NCBI RefSeq assembly: GCF_000010625.1
Contig: NC_010296.1
Coordinates: forward strand, 2,730,001 to 2,762,000
Source of the DNA: Microcystis aeruginosa NIES-843
GTDB lineage: Bacteria; Cyanobacteriota; Cyanobacteriia; Cyanobacteriales; Microcystaceae
Direction of reading: 5' to 3'
Length of the DNA stretch: 32,000 nt
Part shown: one piece after another, positions 1 to 9,247 of the stretch
How positions within the stretch are numbered: position 1 is the stretch's first letter
How the letters are laid out: each line of letters begins with the position of its first letter
The notes under the pieces: model-generated
Told to the model about the DNA's origin: nothing
Database searches by the model: none
What the model saw: the letters and a program-made list of their open reading frames with translations, nothing else
Program-made: the position numbers and the translations under genes

Positions 1-792
1 AGCGTGGCCACTAATATAAGTATGCACCTGATGGCCCTCTAAAAACGCTCTTAATTTCTCGGCATCGGCTAAATAATCCCCCGGTCGATTTCTGCCGACG
101 GCAATACCGTAGAGGGGTAAATGACCGATTACTAGCCGCATTCTAGCATTTTTAGCGTCGCTACTACTCAAGTTTTTTGCTGCCCAATTTAGTTGTTGCC
201 CAGAGATTAAATGAGTGGAGGCATCCCAAACTAGATAGAATATACCATTTTGAGTGAAAGTATAATAAAAAGGAAAGCCGGTTTTATCGATAAAATTTAA
301 ACTTGTATCATGTTGGGGGTTTTGCCAATAATCTTGGGCTAATTTTCTCTCTTGAGCATAGACAAATTTTCCTGCCGATAGAGATCCAGAAGCGTCATGA
401 TTACCGATGGTAAAACCAAAAGGTATTTTAGCAGCTCGCAGGGGCGCGGCGATATGGCGATCAAAGGCTGACCACATGGCGTTAATTGCTGCCTCTGTCA
501 AGCTGCTTTTTTGTCCTGCCACCATGTCGCCACCACAGAGGACCAGATCGGGTTTATTATTGATAATTAAAGGGATAGCTCGATCGATTTCGGGATCGTA
601 AGTTGTGGAACCGTATTGACTATTAAGGTCACTAATCACAATTATCTTGACTTTTTTCGCCTTTTGTGCTTGTTTAACAGCCGACTCAGGGGGATTTTTG
701 GAAGTAACGGGCTGTAAAATTTGATGAGCGCAAGCTACCAAGCTAAAACCGCCTAAACTGCCACTGATCAGCAAAAATTTACGGCGTTGCAT
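1..792 (-). CDS. Metallophosphoesterase (calcineurin-like), exported; C-terminus lies beyond the left window edge
   Basis: Absent from the ORF track because it has no stop in the window. The reverse-strand ATG at 790-792 opens 264 codons with no stop down to base 1. The N-terminus MQRRKFLLISGSLGGFSLVACA has an RR-type signal and an LVAC lipobox-like site. The ordered motifs VISDLN, GGDMV, TIGNHD, VIGHLP and ISGHA follow. Confidence 0.8.
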   Translation of the reverse strand, partial: MQRRKFLLISGSLGGFSLVACAHQILQPVTSKNPPESAVKQAQKAKKVKIIVISDLNSQYGSTTYDPEIDRAIPLIINNKPDLVLCGGDMVAGQKSSLTEAAINAMWSAFDRHIAAPLRAAKIPFGFTIGNHDASGSLSAGKFVYAQERKLAQDYWQNPQHDTSLNFIDKTGFPFYYTFTQNGIFYLVWDASTHLISGQQLNWAAKNLSSSDAKNARMRLVIGHLPLYGIAVGRNRPGDYLADAEKLRAFLEGHQVHTYISGHA

Positions 793-899
793 AGGATATC
801 AATCTCGTCTTTAATTGAGGTCACGTCAGTTATTGTAGCAATTTTTGTCCCCTCGCTCGCTTTTTTGTTGATCATCCCAATTAACTATCAGGAGATAAC

Positions 900-1370
900 T
901 TGACAATTCTCTTAACTTCTTTTGCGCCTTGGTTATGCCATCACCGGAGTAATTCCTCCGATGATTTGTTAGTATCCATTCAAGATAATTATCCAAAAAA
1001 GCTTTTATTTTTGCGTCAACTTCCCGTTAATACCCATCGAGCCAGTGAACGAGTTATCAAAGCTATTCAAGACAAAAAGCCTGATTTCGTTATTTGTTGT
1101 GGCATGGCAGAAAGTCGTTATCGTTTAAGTTTAGAATCTCAGGCTAGGAGTAGCACAAAAAAGTTATTTACACCAATTCCTCTTAAGGATTTTGTCAAAG
1201 AGCTTGCCTATAGCTATATCAGCGATAATGCCGGTCAGTTTGTCTGCGAAGAATTATATTTTCAAGTCTTAAAACATCATCCGAGAGCTTTATTCGTTCA
1301 TGTGCCGCTTTTAACTGACAAAAATTTTGCCATTATTCAAAGAGATTTTCAAAAAATTATCAGTAAGTAG
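900..1370 (+). CDS. Peptidase C15 (pyroglutamyl-peptidase I)-like protein
   Basis: TTG start with AGGAG 7 nt upstream. The N-terminus TILLTSFAPW resembles the Pcp N-terminus. Candidate Glu/Cys/His triad contexts are GMAESRYR, NAGQFVCEELYF and LFVHVPL. The TAG stop coincides with the first bases of a MITE terminus. Confidence 0.6.
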   Translation: MTILLTSFAPWLCHHRSNSSDDLLVSIQDNYPKKLLFLRQLPVNTHRASERVIKAIQDKKPDFVICCGMAESRYRLSLESQARSSTKKLFTPIPLKDFVKELAYSYISDNAGQFVCEELYFQVLKHHPRALFVHVPLLTDKNFAIIQRDFQKIISK

Positions 1371-1477
1371 GGTTTGCTGAAAAAGTTTTTCCTAGGGGCA
1401 GGGTGTGGGGTGTAGGGTGTAGGGTTTTACCCATTTTCAGGTGGTCAACTACCTAATTTTCAGGGAAAAAGTACCTG
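1368..1477 (+). mobile_element. MITE-Y, truncated copy (left half only)
   Basis: TAGGGTTTGCTGAAAAAGTTTTTCCTAGGGGCAGGGTGTGGGG...CAGGGAAAAAGT matches the first ~110 bp of the copies at 21848-22055 and, inverted, 24524-24741. It is replaced by MITE-X sequence from 1478. Confidence 0.7.
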
Positions 1478-1770
1478 ATACTAAATCCGTTGAGTATAGG
1501 CTAGTTATGAGAAGAGGCACTCATGCAAGAGGCACTCATGCAAAGGGGAGAATAAATAATGGGACTTAGACAAAAAACAAATCGAGAAAAGCCTCAACTC
1601 CAATCCCCGCTTGGGATTTACTTCGAGAAGCCCAAAATCGCTGAAACCCAGATATATCAAGGAAAATCATAAATCGAGGTTAACCCTTTGTCCCGTAATG
1701 GTTTGAGCCTTTTTTGCTGACCGAAAACGCCTAAGTCCCAATAATCAGTTTTTAATAACCGGATTTATTG
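1478..1770. mobile_element. MITE-X copy carrying a nested MITE-Z (1560-1740)
   Basis: The ends ATACTAAATCCG...CCGGATTTAT match the TACTAAATCCG / CGGATTTAGTA termini of the copy at 24491-24807. The internal 181-bp insert has perfect 10-bp inverted termini TGGGACTTAG / CTAAGTCCCA. A 15-bp tandem duplication (AGGCACTCATGCAAG) lies at about 1506-1537. Confidence 0.65.
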
Positions 1771-1961
1771 TTAGGCAGTGGCTTCGACATCGCACTAACT
1801 GTCACTAGCTAACTTATGATTGATTGTTATCAGCTTTGCAAAACAAGATTTAGGATCAAAAATAACCTAGAAGCACTGTCCCAATAGAAAACCTAAGCCA
1901 CCTAACGGTGAAGTTAGGTGTACTTTCACAACTGATATCTTTAAGAACGCTTTTCTGGGTT

Positions 1962-4424
1962 CTAATATGGACCTAGGAATCTCTCTCCATTGAAGTGAAT
2001 CATGTGATCGGGCTGATCAGCTACCCAAACTTCTGTTTCCCAGGAAATTTCAGCAAGATAACGAGTCATTTCCCTACGACTGGGAAAAGCAGTAACAAAG
2101 ACAAGACCCTTACAGCTTAATTGAAAAAGTTGCTTTAGTTCATTGTGGCGTTTCAAATTCACTGGACCATGACTCGTCACCGCTTCTATAAGGACAAGCC
2201 AATCTTGGTATCTATGATAGATAACAAGATCAGGCATTTTCCCGTGAGGATCTAATTCAATCCCCATTTCTCGGAATTTTTGTGTTTCGTTGATTATAAA
2301 TTTATCACCAGCATCGCCAATATATAGAACTACGCCCCCTGGCGTAAATCTTGGACAAAAGCTTTCTAAGATGTCTTTAATTAAAATATTTTGCCCACCT
2401 GATGAAAGCTGAATCGCCCGACCATCGGGTAAGGTTATAGGAATCATGGGCAGATTTCGATTCCTGGCTTGCAACCAATTAGTCACTGAAAGCGCATAAT
2501 TTCTACGAGCTTCTTCCCACTGCTCAGAGCCATAAACTTGAAGCAGTGATAACGCTTGCCGATCAAGTTGGTAGCACCACCTAGGGCTATTAATTGGTCG
2601 GTCTGGTTTGTCTGGATTCTGAACCACCAGTCCCATCTGCACAAATTGATGCATTGTCTGTTTTCGAACAGTTTCGCGTGTGTTTGGTGCATATTGTTTT
2701 CCGTAATGATCACGGAACCAATCCATCATTTCTGTAATTCCGCGTTTTGGTGCAGTAGCTTGGCTCCAGGGTTTATCAGGTTGAATATCTGCTAACGCAA
2801 GTAAGCATAGTGCAGACCTTTCATTCTGTTGCGCTCTAGGAGCAGAGATAGCCTTGAGAATTGTCAGTGCTTCTTCGATTCGTTTGTTTGCTTGAACTGC
2901 GGCACTTGCTTCATCCATAATTGATAGAACTTCATGTACAACTTGATCGATTTCTTCTTGGTTTAAGTCATTGTCCCCAACTTGAACTCCTATTTGGATT
3001 AAGTCATTTTTACATGGATACTTAACCCTACGAAGGTCGGTAGCATTGACTTGTGTATTTCCACTAAATTGACGAAAGTAGCTATCAAATAAAGTTGAAT
3101 TAAGAAATGCGGCTAACCCTTTAGCTACATCAGGAGGCATTCCTCTGCCTTTAGCATGATAATAATTAAGATGATTTTCGACACCTAGAGATTTTGAACC
3201 AATAGGAGAACACACAGCAGCAACAACACGACGCTTTTCTTCTTTGGATGAAAAACGTTTTGTCAAAACATACCAGCCAGGCTCAATTAACCATTTTTCT
3301 GTTTCGTTATTTTTTTCTACCGCAATGGGCTTGCGGGGATTATCAGGAGGAAACACTACTTTCCTTACTTTTACAGATTCTGGATAAAGTAGGGGAACAG
3401 TTCTATCACTCAAATGGTTTCTTAAAGACGATTTCAGGCGAAAATCAACAACTGGACCTGTGGAAACTTCTAAGCCTATCTCATCCAATGTACAGGGCAT
3501 TTTATTCATTTGAACTCTCAAGGAATTCTTGAGAGAATTTGTAACAATATGAATAAACTGTTCAGAATCATTCGGCTCAATCACTTCGTCATAGGGGGTA
3601 TATCTAGATTCTGAAATCTCGTCTAATGCCATCTCAGAATTACTGGTTATTTTTACAGTGCTAGGTTTTTGTTTAGATCTTAGGGCGTGAAAAATAATAT
3701 TTTCCTGTAATACCTCATCTTCTGAGAAGGTTGCTGATCTACTCTCAAATATATGGATTTTATCTAGTTTCATATATTCTAGGAAGGCTTTTCGGAAAGG
3801 GCGAAAATACTTGCCATTGCAAAAACTTCTCGGCGTAATCGCAACCACTTCGCCATCGTCTATAAGTTGTACGATGGCAAGCCAAACAAATGCGCTGTAG
3901 AGATTTACAGTATCAATCCCAATACTTGCAAGAACTTTCTTTTCTGCTGATTGGCTGTGAATCTTCTTATAAGGTGGATTCAGAATCGCATGAGTAAAGC
4001 CTGGAACTACCTTCTTAAAGAGTGGCAAGTTCATTTCACTACTAGCTTTGATGAAATTCTCCCCCCGCAAGCAATAATCTGCTTGAATTCCTTTTCCGTT
4101 CAAAGCGGCACAGCATTCTGTGAGGGTTTGATTTAGCGAGGGGAAGAAGACTGGTTCGACTTCATATGCTGTAATGCTGCAACTACTAACCTGATCGGGG
4201 TTTGCCAGTAACCGCTCTACTACAGCAGCAGTTAAAGTTCCAATTCCAGCCCCAGCATCTAGAAGGTGAATATGACCAGACAGGTTGTTGAATTGTCCTG
4301 CCATGAAACGCGCAACAGTTGCGGGGGTCAAGAACTGACCCAACTGACTACGCTGTTTCAAGTTCAATCTTGAAGAGTAGTAGACTCTGGCTATATCAGC
4401 AGAATCAGTAAGGAACGTTGCCAT
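1962..4424 (-). CDS. Single-chain restriction-modification enzyme: gamma-class N6-adenine DNA methyltransferase (Eco57I/TaqI-like) fused to a PstI/BsuBI-family restriction endonuclease
   Basis: The N-terminal part has GQFLTP, motif I LLDAGAGIGTL (aa 54-64) and motif IV NPPY (aa 149-152). The C-terminal 306 aa (nt 1962-2882) carry strings I recognise from PstI/BsuBI nucleases: YAPNTRETVRKQTMHQFVQ, PINSPRWCYQL, HGKMPDLV, LVLIEAVTSHGP, AEISWETEVWVADQPDHMIHFNGERFLGPY. The 820 codons form one uninterrupted frame. Confidence 0.85.
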   Translation of the reverse strand: MATFLTDSADIARVYYSSRLNLKQRSQLGQFLTPATVARFMAGQFNNLSGHIHLLDAGAGIGTLTAAVVERLLANPDQVSSCSITAYEVEPVFFPSLNQTLTECCAALNGKGIQADYCLRGENFIKASSEMNLPLFKKVVPGFTHAILNPPYKKIHSQSAEKKVLASIGIDTVNLYSAFVWLAIVQLIDDGEVVAITPRSFCNGKYFRPFRKAFLEYMKLDKIHIFESRSATFSEDEVLQENIIFHALRSKQKPSTVKITSNSEMALDEISESRYTPYDEVIEPNDSEQFIHIVTNSLKNSLRVQMNKMPCTLDEIGLEVSTGPVVDFRLKSSLRNHLSDRTVPLLYPESVKVRKVVFPPDNPRKPIAVEKNNETEKWLIEPGWYVLTKRFSSKEEKRRVVAAVCSPIGSKSLGVENHLNYYHAKGRGMPPDVAKGLAAFLNSTLFDSYFRQFSGNTQVNATDLRRVKYPCKNDLIQIGVQVGDNDLNQEEIDQVVHEVLSIMDEASAAVQANKRIEEALTILKAISAPRAQQNERSALCLLALADIQPDKPWSQATAPKRGITEMMDWFRDHYGKQYAPNTRETVRKQTMHQFVQMGLVVQNPDKPDRPINSPRWCYQLDRQALSLLQVYGSEQWEEARRNYALSVTNWLQARNRNLPMIPITLPDGRAIQLSSGGQNILIKDILESFCPRFTPGGVVLYIGDAGDKFIINETQKFREMGIELDPHGKMPDLVIYHRYQDWLVLIEAVTSHGPVNLKRHNELKQLFQLSCKGLVFVTAFPSRREMTRYLAEISWETEVWVADQPDHMIHFNGERFLGPY

Positions 4425-4459
4425 CTGGTCATCTAGTAGCAGTTATGAATCAATAGTTA

Positions 4460-5710
4460 CTAATTCTGTACGCAAATATTGCATCTAGAATTAGCTTTGT
4501 ACGCTTTGACCCGTACTGGGTTAACTACGAACCTCTCTATCGGATTCCCGCTAAAGGCGGCCTCTCCGACTACCTTTCTTCCAATATTTAAGGAACCATT
4601 AATATCTGCTCCATAGAAATAACCCGACGAGCTTCTGAATAGTCCTCTTTTAATTCTCTTGCCTAAATAGCTTTTTTGCTTTTGAATAGACTCTAAGTCC
4701 AAGAAACTACATTTAGAGGTATAGCTTTCATTAGTTGTTTTGACCTCTATTCCTACTAAATTTGCTTTATAGGTAAGTTGTTCGATCAACCTTGAATGAG
4801 GAATATTTACGAATGACTGGTTATTTCTATCTCCAATATTAATGTTTTGTTTCCAGCCTTGATTATGACCAATAACTAAAAGGTTAATTTGATGAGCTAG
4901 TAATTTATCAATAATATATTTACTAGCGGTGTGGAGGTAATAATCCACCTGGCAATTACGCTTTAAAGTTAAACCTTGTATTCTTTTACTGGTCTTCTGT
5001 AGACTGGGTAATTCCGATTTGAGTTTAGCTAGTGTCTTGTTGTACTTTTGATTGCAGGATTTTAAGGCTTTTCCACATACTAAAGTTGGCTGAAATTCGG
5101 GAATATTAGAGGTAACAGCAGCTAGGTTATTTAAGCCTAAATCGATAAAAGCATATCTTTCTCCCTCTTGACTTGATGAGGATGGTTGTTCATAGACAAT
5201 CTCTAAACAATAAGCACCCAATTTAGGAATAATCCTGACCTCTAAGACTTTCTTTAAATTAGTTTTAAATTCTCAATTAGTCCCTGATAGCTTGATTAAA
5301 CCTTGCTTCAACGCTTTTTGAGAAATGGCTTGATAGTTATAAGTTAAAACGTTTCTACCTTTTTCCTTGTCTTTGTATCTTGGCAACTTAGGCTCTCCTG
5401 TAAATTTATCTGGCGATTTTTTGGATTGTTCTTTCGCTTTTTGGTAGGATTTAAAGGTTTTTTCTACTTGCTTTAATACTAACTGACTTACTTTGGCGGG
5501 TAAGGCTTGATAATCTGGACTCATTTTTAAGGCATGATGTAACTCAGTCATTGTTAAAAATGGTTGATGTGAAAAGAAAACTTGACGGTTTAAATAAACA
5601 GCACAATTATACAGATTCTTCGATAAAAATCCTAATTTATCAATTACTGAATAATTTTTGTGATTAAATTTAATTAGATGTTTTTGAACTAATTTCATCA
5701 TTCTCCTCAA
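4460..5710 (-). pseudogene. tnpB: tnpB (RNA-guided nuclease family, OrfB_IS605/IS607 type) interrupted by one in-frame TGA at 5273-5275
   Basis: Track ORFs 5273-5710 and 4460-5221 are in the same frame (1251 nt = 417 codons). My reading across the junction is ...LSGTN*EFKTNLKKVLEVRIIPKLGAYCLEIVYE. RuvC-like contexts are retained: AFIDLGLNN, SRLIEQLTYK, GADINGSLNIG. Confidence 0.85.
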
Positions 5711-6263
5711 GGCATTTAATTAAACATTCTGTCTTTCTATTTCGTCGTCTTAATGAGTATAATCGAGCGCAAAATGAGGTAATTATGCTCACGAAGTCTT
5801 GCCTTAAATCGTCTTTTCTTTCTTCTGCTAGATTAACGACCTCTAGCTCTCTATTTGTTTGAGTTAAAAGAACTTTCAGATAATTAAACCCTACTCTGCT
5901 TAAACGATCTTTATGTTCTACGACAATCAAATTATAATCAGTTTGTTCTAGAAGTTTTAATAATAGCTTTCGATGATCATTGACTCCACTTCCTACTTCT
6001 TTAACTACTCGAACAATTTGATAGCCTTTCGCAATACAATAAGCTTCCAATCTTTTTGCCTGAGTCTCTAAGTTAGATTTATTTTCTGAACTAGAAACTC
6101 GCGCATAAATAGCTACTTTATTTTCACCGCAAGAACGGTCATCTTCAAAAATAATAATTGTTCCTGTAGGAAGACGTTCTCCTTGTAACTGCCCTCGATT
6201 CCACATTCTCCAAGCAGTGTCATAACTGATCCCTTTTTTCTTAGCATAATCTGATAGTTTCAT
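5670..6263 (-). CDS. tnpA: IS607-type serine recombinase transposase TnpA (MerR-like HTH plus resolvase domain)
   Basis: MKLSDYAKKKGISYDTAWRMWNRGQL is the HTH. VAIYARVSSSENKSNLETQ is the catalytic Ser context. VEHKDRLSRVGF is the resolvase core. Confidence 0.9.
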   Translation of the reverse strand: MKLSDYAKKKGISYDTAWRMWNRGQLQGERLPTGTIIIFEDDRSCGENKVAIYARVSSSENKSNLETQAKRLEAYCIAKGYQIVRVVKEVGSGVNDHRKLLLKLLEQTDYNLIVVEHKDRLSRVGFNYLKVLLTQTNRELEVVNLAEERKDDLRQDFVSIITSFCARLYSLRRRNRKTECLIKCLEENDEISSKTSN

Positions 6264-6483
6264 GTGAACTGCAACGTAAACTTGTACTAACCATATTAGC
6301 AGTTGTTTGCAGTCATTTGCATATATTTTTTACAAAACTTTACAATACCACAGAACTCCTTCCCGGTACACCTAACTATCAATTATATCGCTCCCTGCGG
6401 TCCCACACCCTCCTCTATCCCACTTCCATCAGTTAAACACCCCCTCAATTTGGGCATAATTACCGCATTTCCACAGCCAAAAG

Positions 6484-6578
6484 TCTATTGGTCTGTCAAT
6501 CTTGAAATTGTGGATAGGGGAATGCTGCCAAATTATTCGCCCCCAATCCCTCAAAATCACCTTGACAGACCAATAGAA
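6484..6578. repeat. Perfect 16-bp inverted repeat (TCTATTGGTCTGTCAA / TTGACAGACCAATAGA) with a 63-nt spacer
   Basis: Read directly at 6484-6499 and 6563-6578. It lies 31 nt downstream of the hemA stop on the minus strand. Confidence 0.8.
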
Positions 6579-6608
6579 TCGCCCTTAATTTTTGTGGATT
6601 ACCAGTCC

Positions 6609-7895
6609 CTAACTATATTCTTCTCCGACACTGAGATTAAAGAGCATTTGCAGGGACTGTAAACAGCGCTTACGCGCTTCGATATCCTGTTGGGCGCGCA
6701 GTTGTACCATGGGTTCGTGAAGGATTTTATTGACGATACCGCGGGTCATTGCTTCGATAACTTCTTGGTGTTTTTCGGCGAATTCCGTCCCCAGACGGGA
6801 GAGGGCCTTTTCTAATTCCTGTTCGCGAATATCTTCAATTTTGCTTCTTAAACAGCTAATTGTCGGGACAGTGTCCAAAGAACGCCACCAAAGCTCGAAA
6901 GCTTCCACTTCCTGCTCTAGGAGTGCCTCTGCTTCCCTGGCCATCTGACGGCGACTTTCCTGATTGGCGGCAACCACCGCTTTGAGATCATCGACGTTAA
7001 AAGCTTGCACTTGTGCCAATTCCTTCACGTCGGTATGGACGTTGCGGGGAACAGAAATATCGATTAACATCAGCGAGTTAGCAGTAATCGTCACTTCTGT
7101 CAATAAAGTTTTAGTTAAAATTGGTTCCGTGGCTCCGGTACTGGTAAAGACGATATCCGATGCCGCTACGGTAGTCATCATCTCTTCTAAGCCATATAGT
7201 TGCAGCGGTAGGTGAGGAAATTCACGGGCCAACTCCTGGGCCCGTCTTTGGGAGCGATTGATGATCGCAATTTGCTGAGAACCCTTAGCCAGAAGGTGAG
7301 TAACTAATAATCGGGACATTTTCCCTGCCCCGATAATAGCGATTTTCTTGCTGCTGAGGTCTGTCACCTTAGCATGGGCTAACTCCACCGCTGCCGAACT
7401 GATCGATACGGCTCCCGTGCCGATGCTGGTTTCCGTGCGGACGCGTTTACCGGCAGTCATCGCTTGTTTAAACAGGCGATCGAGTAACTGGCTAATAGTA
7501 TTGTACTTCTGGGCTAATTTATGGGTATTTTTAACTTGAGCGAGAATTTGCCCTTCACCGAGGACAAGACTTTCTAAACCAGCCGACACCCGCAGCAGAT
7601 GACGGACAGCATCCTGATGCAGCAGGGTAAACAGGTAACGACGCAGGACATTAAGGGGAATATGCCCGATTTCAGCGAGAAACTGGGTAATTTCCACCAC
7701 GCCCTTTTCCGTATCCGTAACCACGGCGTAGATCTCCAAACGGTTACAGGTGCTGATAATCGCCACCTCTTGGATGTGGGGATAACCCTTGAGGTGGGTA
7801 AGGGCGGACTCGATTTTCGCTTCCGGGATACTCAATTTTTCGCGAATTTCCACAGGGGCTGTCTTGTGACTCAAGCCCACTACAGCAATATTCAT
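6609..7895 (-). CDS. hemA: Glutamyl-tRNA reductase
   Basis: [30 protein letters not shown], and an NAD(P)-binding [10 protein letters not shown]. The 428 aa are full length. Confidence 0.97.
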   Translation of the reverse strand: MNIAVVGLSHKTAPVEIREKLSIPEAKIESALTHLKGYPHIQEVAIISTCNRLEIYAVVTDTEKGVVEITQFLAEIGHIPLNVLRRYLFTLLHQDAVRHLLRVSAGLESLVLGEGQILAQVKNTHKLAQKYNTISQLLDRLFKQAMTAGKRVRTETSIGTGAVSISSAAVELAHAKVTDLSSKKIAIIGAGKMSRLLVTHLLAKGSQQIAIINRSQRRAQELAREFPHLPLQLYGLEEMMTTVAASDIVFTSTGATEPILTKTLLTEVTITANSLMLIDISVPRNVHTDVKELAQVQAFNVDDLKAVVAANQESRRQMAREAEALLEQEVEAFELWWRSLDTVPTISCLRSKIEDIREQELEKALSRLGTEFAEKHQEVIEAMTRGIVNKILHEPMVQLRAQQDIEARKRCLQSLQMLFNLSVGEEYS

Positions 7896-8079
7896 TTATG
7901 TTCTCCTACAAATGTTGCTCAGGCTACAAAAATTATTGATAAAGATCAGTGCGTTATGTCTCTAATTGTTGCAATTTAGTCCCAATCGGGATGCAAATAA
8001 AAGATGTTTGAAAAAAAACTTTATATATTTTTACCAATGGGGGCGAGGTGAGCCATGCCCACCCCACCGGGTCAGAGAA

Positions 8080-9117
8080 TTATCTCAGTTGAATGTATTT
8101 GGGTCGGTCGAACAGGTGAACGGTATCAACAAAGCGAGCGGTTTTCGATTGGGTGGAGATAACCAAGCTTTGGGTACGAGCGCCACCATGGAAGAAGCGT
8201 ACCCCTTCCATCAGGGTGCCGGGGGTGATCCCACAGGCGGCAAAGAGGACGGTTTCGCCACTGGCTAATTCTTCGCAACCGTAAACGCGATCGGGATTAG
8301 TGATGCCCATTTCTTGCAGACGAGCGAGATTACCCTCGCGGCTTTCGCCGATTAAACCGGTTTTGACCACTTCGGGATCATAGATTAATTGTCCCTGGAA
8401 GTGACCGCCTAGACAACGCATAGCCGCCGCCGAGATTACCCCTTCCGGAGCGGCACCGATACCCATGAGAGCATGAATATTAGTTCCCGAAAAAGCGCAG
8501 GAAATAGCGGCCGATACGTCACCATCGCTGATCAGACGAACTCTGGCCCCGGCGTTGCGGATTTCTTGGATTAATTCCTTGTGACGGGGACGATCCATAA
8601 CTACTACCACCAGTTCTTCGATCGAACGATTGAGACAATCGGAAAGGACTTTCAGGTTTTCCGTCGCCGATTTATTAATATCCACATGACCTTTAGCTGC
8701 TGGGGGAGCGGCTAATTTTTTCATATAAAAGTCAGGAGCGGCGAATAACCCACCTTTTTCGGAGATAGCTAACACGGCCATAGAACCATTTTGACCGTAG
8801 GCGACCAAGTTAGTGCCTTCGCAGGGATCGACGGCGATATCGATTTCGACTAATTCGTCGGGATTACAATATTGTTTGGCATCAACTTGGGTACAGATAC
8901 CCACTTCTTCGCCAATATAGAGCATGGGAGCTTCGTCTCTTTCCCCTTCTCCAATAACGATGCGACCGCGCATATGAATTTTATTCATCCGTTCGCGCAT
9001 CGCTTCTACAGCGACGTGATCGGCGGTATTTTTTTCGCCTTTACCCATCCACTTCGAGGAGGCAATGGCAGCCTGTTCGACCACTTCGATAATTTCTAAC
9101 CCTAGCGTACTTTCCAC
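8080..9117 (-). CDS. glpX: Class II fructose-1,6-bisphosphatase / sedoheptulose-1,7-bisphosphatase (GlpX type)
   Basis: GTG start with GGGAGGA upstream. [44 protein letters not shown] and [20 protein letters not shown] are typical of the cyanobacterial bifunctional F-I enzyme. Confidence 0.95.
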   Translation of the reverse strand: MESTLGLEIIEVVEQAAIASSKWMGKGEKNTADHVAVEAMRERMNKIHMRGRIVIGEGERDEAPMLYIGEEVGICTQVDAKQYCNPDELVEIDIAVDPCEGTNLVAYGQNGSMAVLAISEKGGLFAAPDFYMKKLAAPPAAKGHVDINKSATENLKVLSDCLNRSIEELVVVVMDRPRHKELIQEIRNAGARVRLISDGDVSAAISCAFSGTNIHALMGIGAAPEGVISAAAMRCLGGHFQGQLIYDPEVVKTGLIGESREGNLARLQEMGITNPDRVYGCEELASGETVLFAACGITPGTLMEGVRFFHGGARTQSLVISTQSKTARFVDTVHLFDRPKYIQLR

Positions 9118-9247
9118 TCGATGATCCTCCCTACAGCTGATCTATGATTTATCTAGTGAGTTTGTTTCCTTAACAGTCAAAAGTCTATCACCAGACGGGG
9201 ATCATTCTTAAGTTTTTATGTAGATCATCTGGAGGAGACTGGTATAG

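Larger units (their letters stand above)
4430..6300 (-). mobile_element. IS607-family element (IS200/IS605 superfamily, serine-recombinase type); ends approximate
   Basis: A serine-recombinase tnpA overlaps a tnpB by 41 nt (5670-5710), which is the canonical IS607 layout. No terminal inverted repeats are expected for this family, so boundaries are only bracketed by flanking genes (RM start 4424, hemA stop 6609). Confidence 0.75.

Noticed and set aside
407-601. 64-aa + strand ORF
   Set aside because: It is antisense to the well-supported metallophosphoesterase frame that is open across 1-792 on the minus strand.
5273-5275. In-frame TGA of tnpB as selenocysteine or programmed recoding
   Set aside because: I saw no recognisable SECIS-like hairpin immediately downstream and know of no precedent for TnpB. 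A nonsense mutation is the simpler reading, although read-through cannot be excluded from sequence alone.
6303-6662. 119-aa + strand ORF between IS607 and hemA
   Set aside because: It is proline-rich and low-complexity, has a TTG start without an RBS, runs through the 16-bp inverted repeat, and overlaps the hemA 3' end antisense.
7896-8079. Intrinsic terminator for glpX in the hemA-glpX spacer
   Set aside because: The GGGGCGAGGTGAGCCATGCCCACCCC segment does not form a clean stem followed by a U-tract on the glpX strand, so it is not reported as a feature.
2483-9099. Short ORFs inside or antisense to the fused RM gene, hemA and glpX (2483-2713, 2556-2795, 3248-3532, 3951-4136, 6730-6948, 6964-7215, 7348-7539, 7599-7979, 7966-8268, 8872-9099)
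   Set aside because: They are shadow frames fully or largely overlapping strongly supported long genes. None has motif or RBS support.
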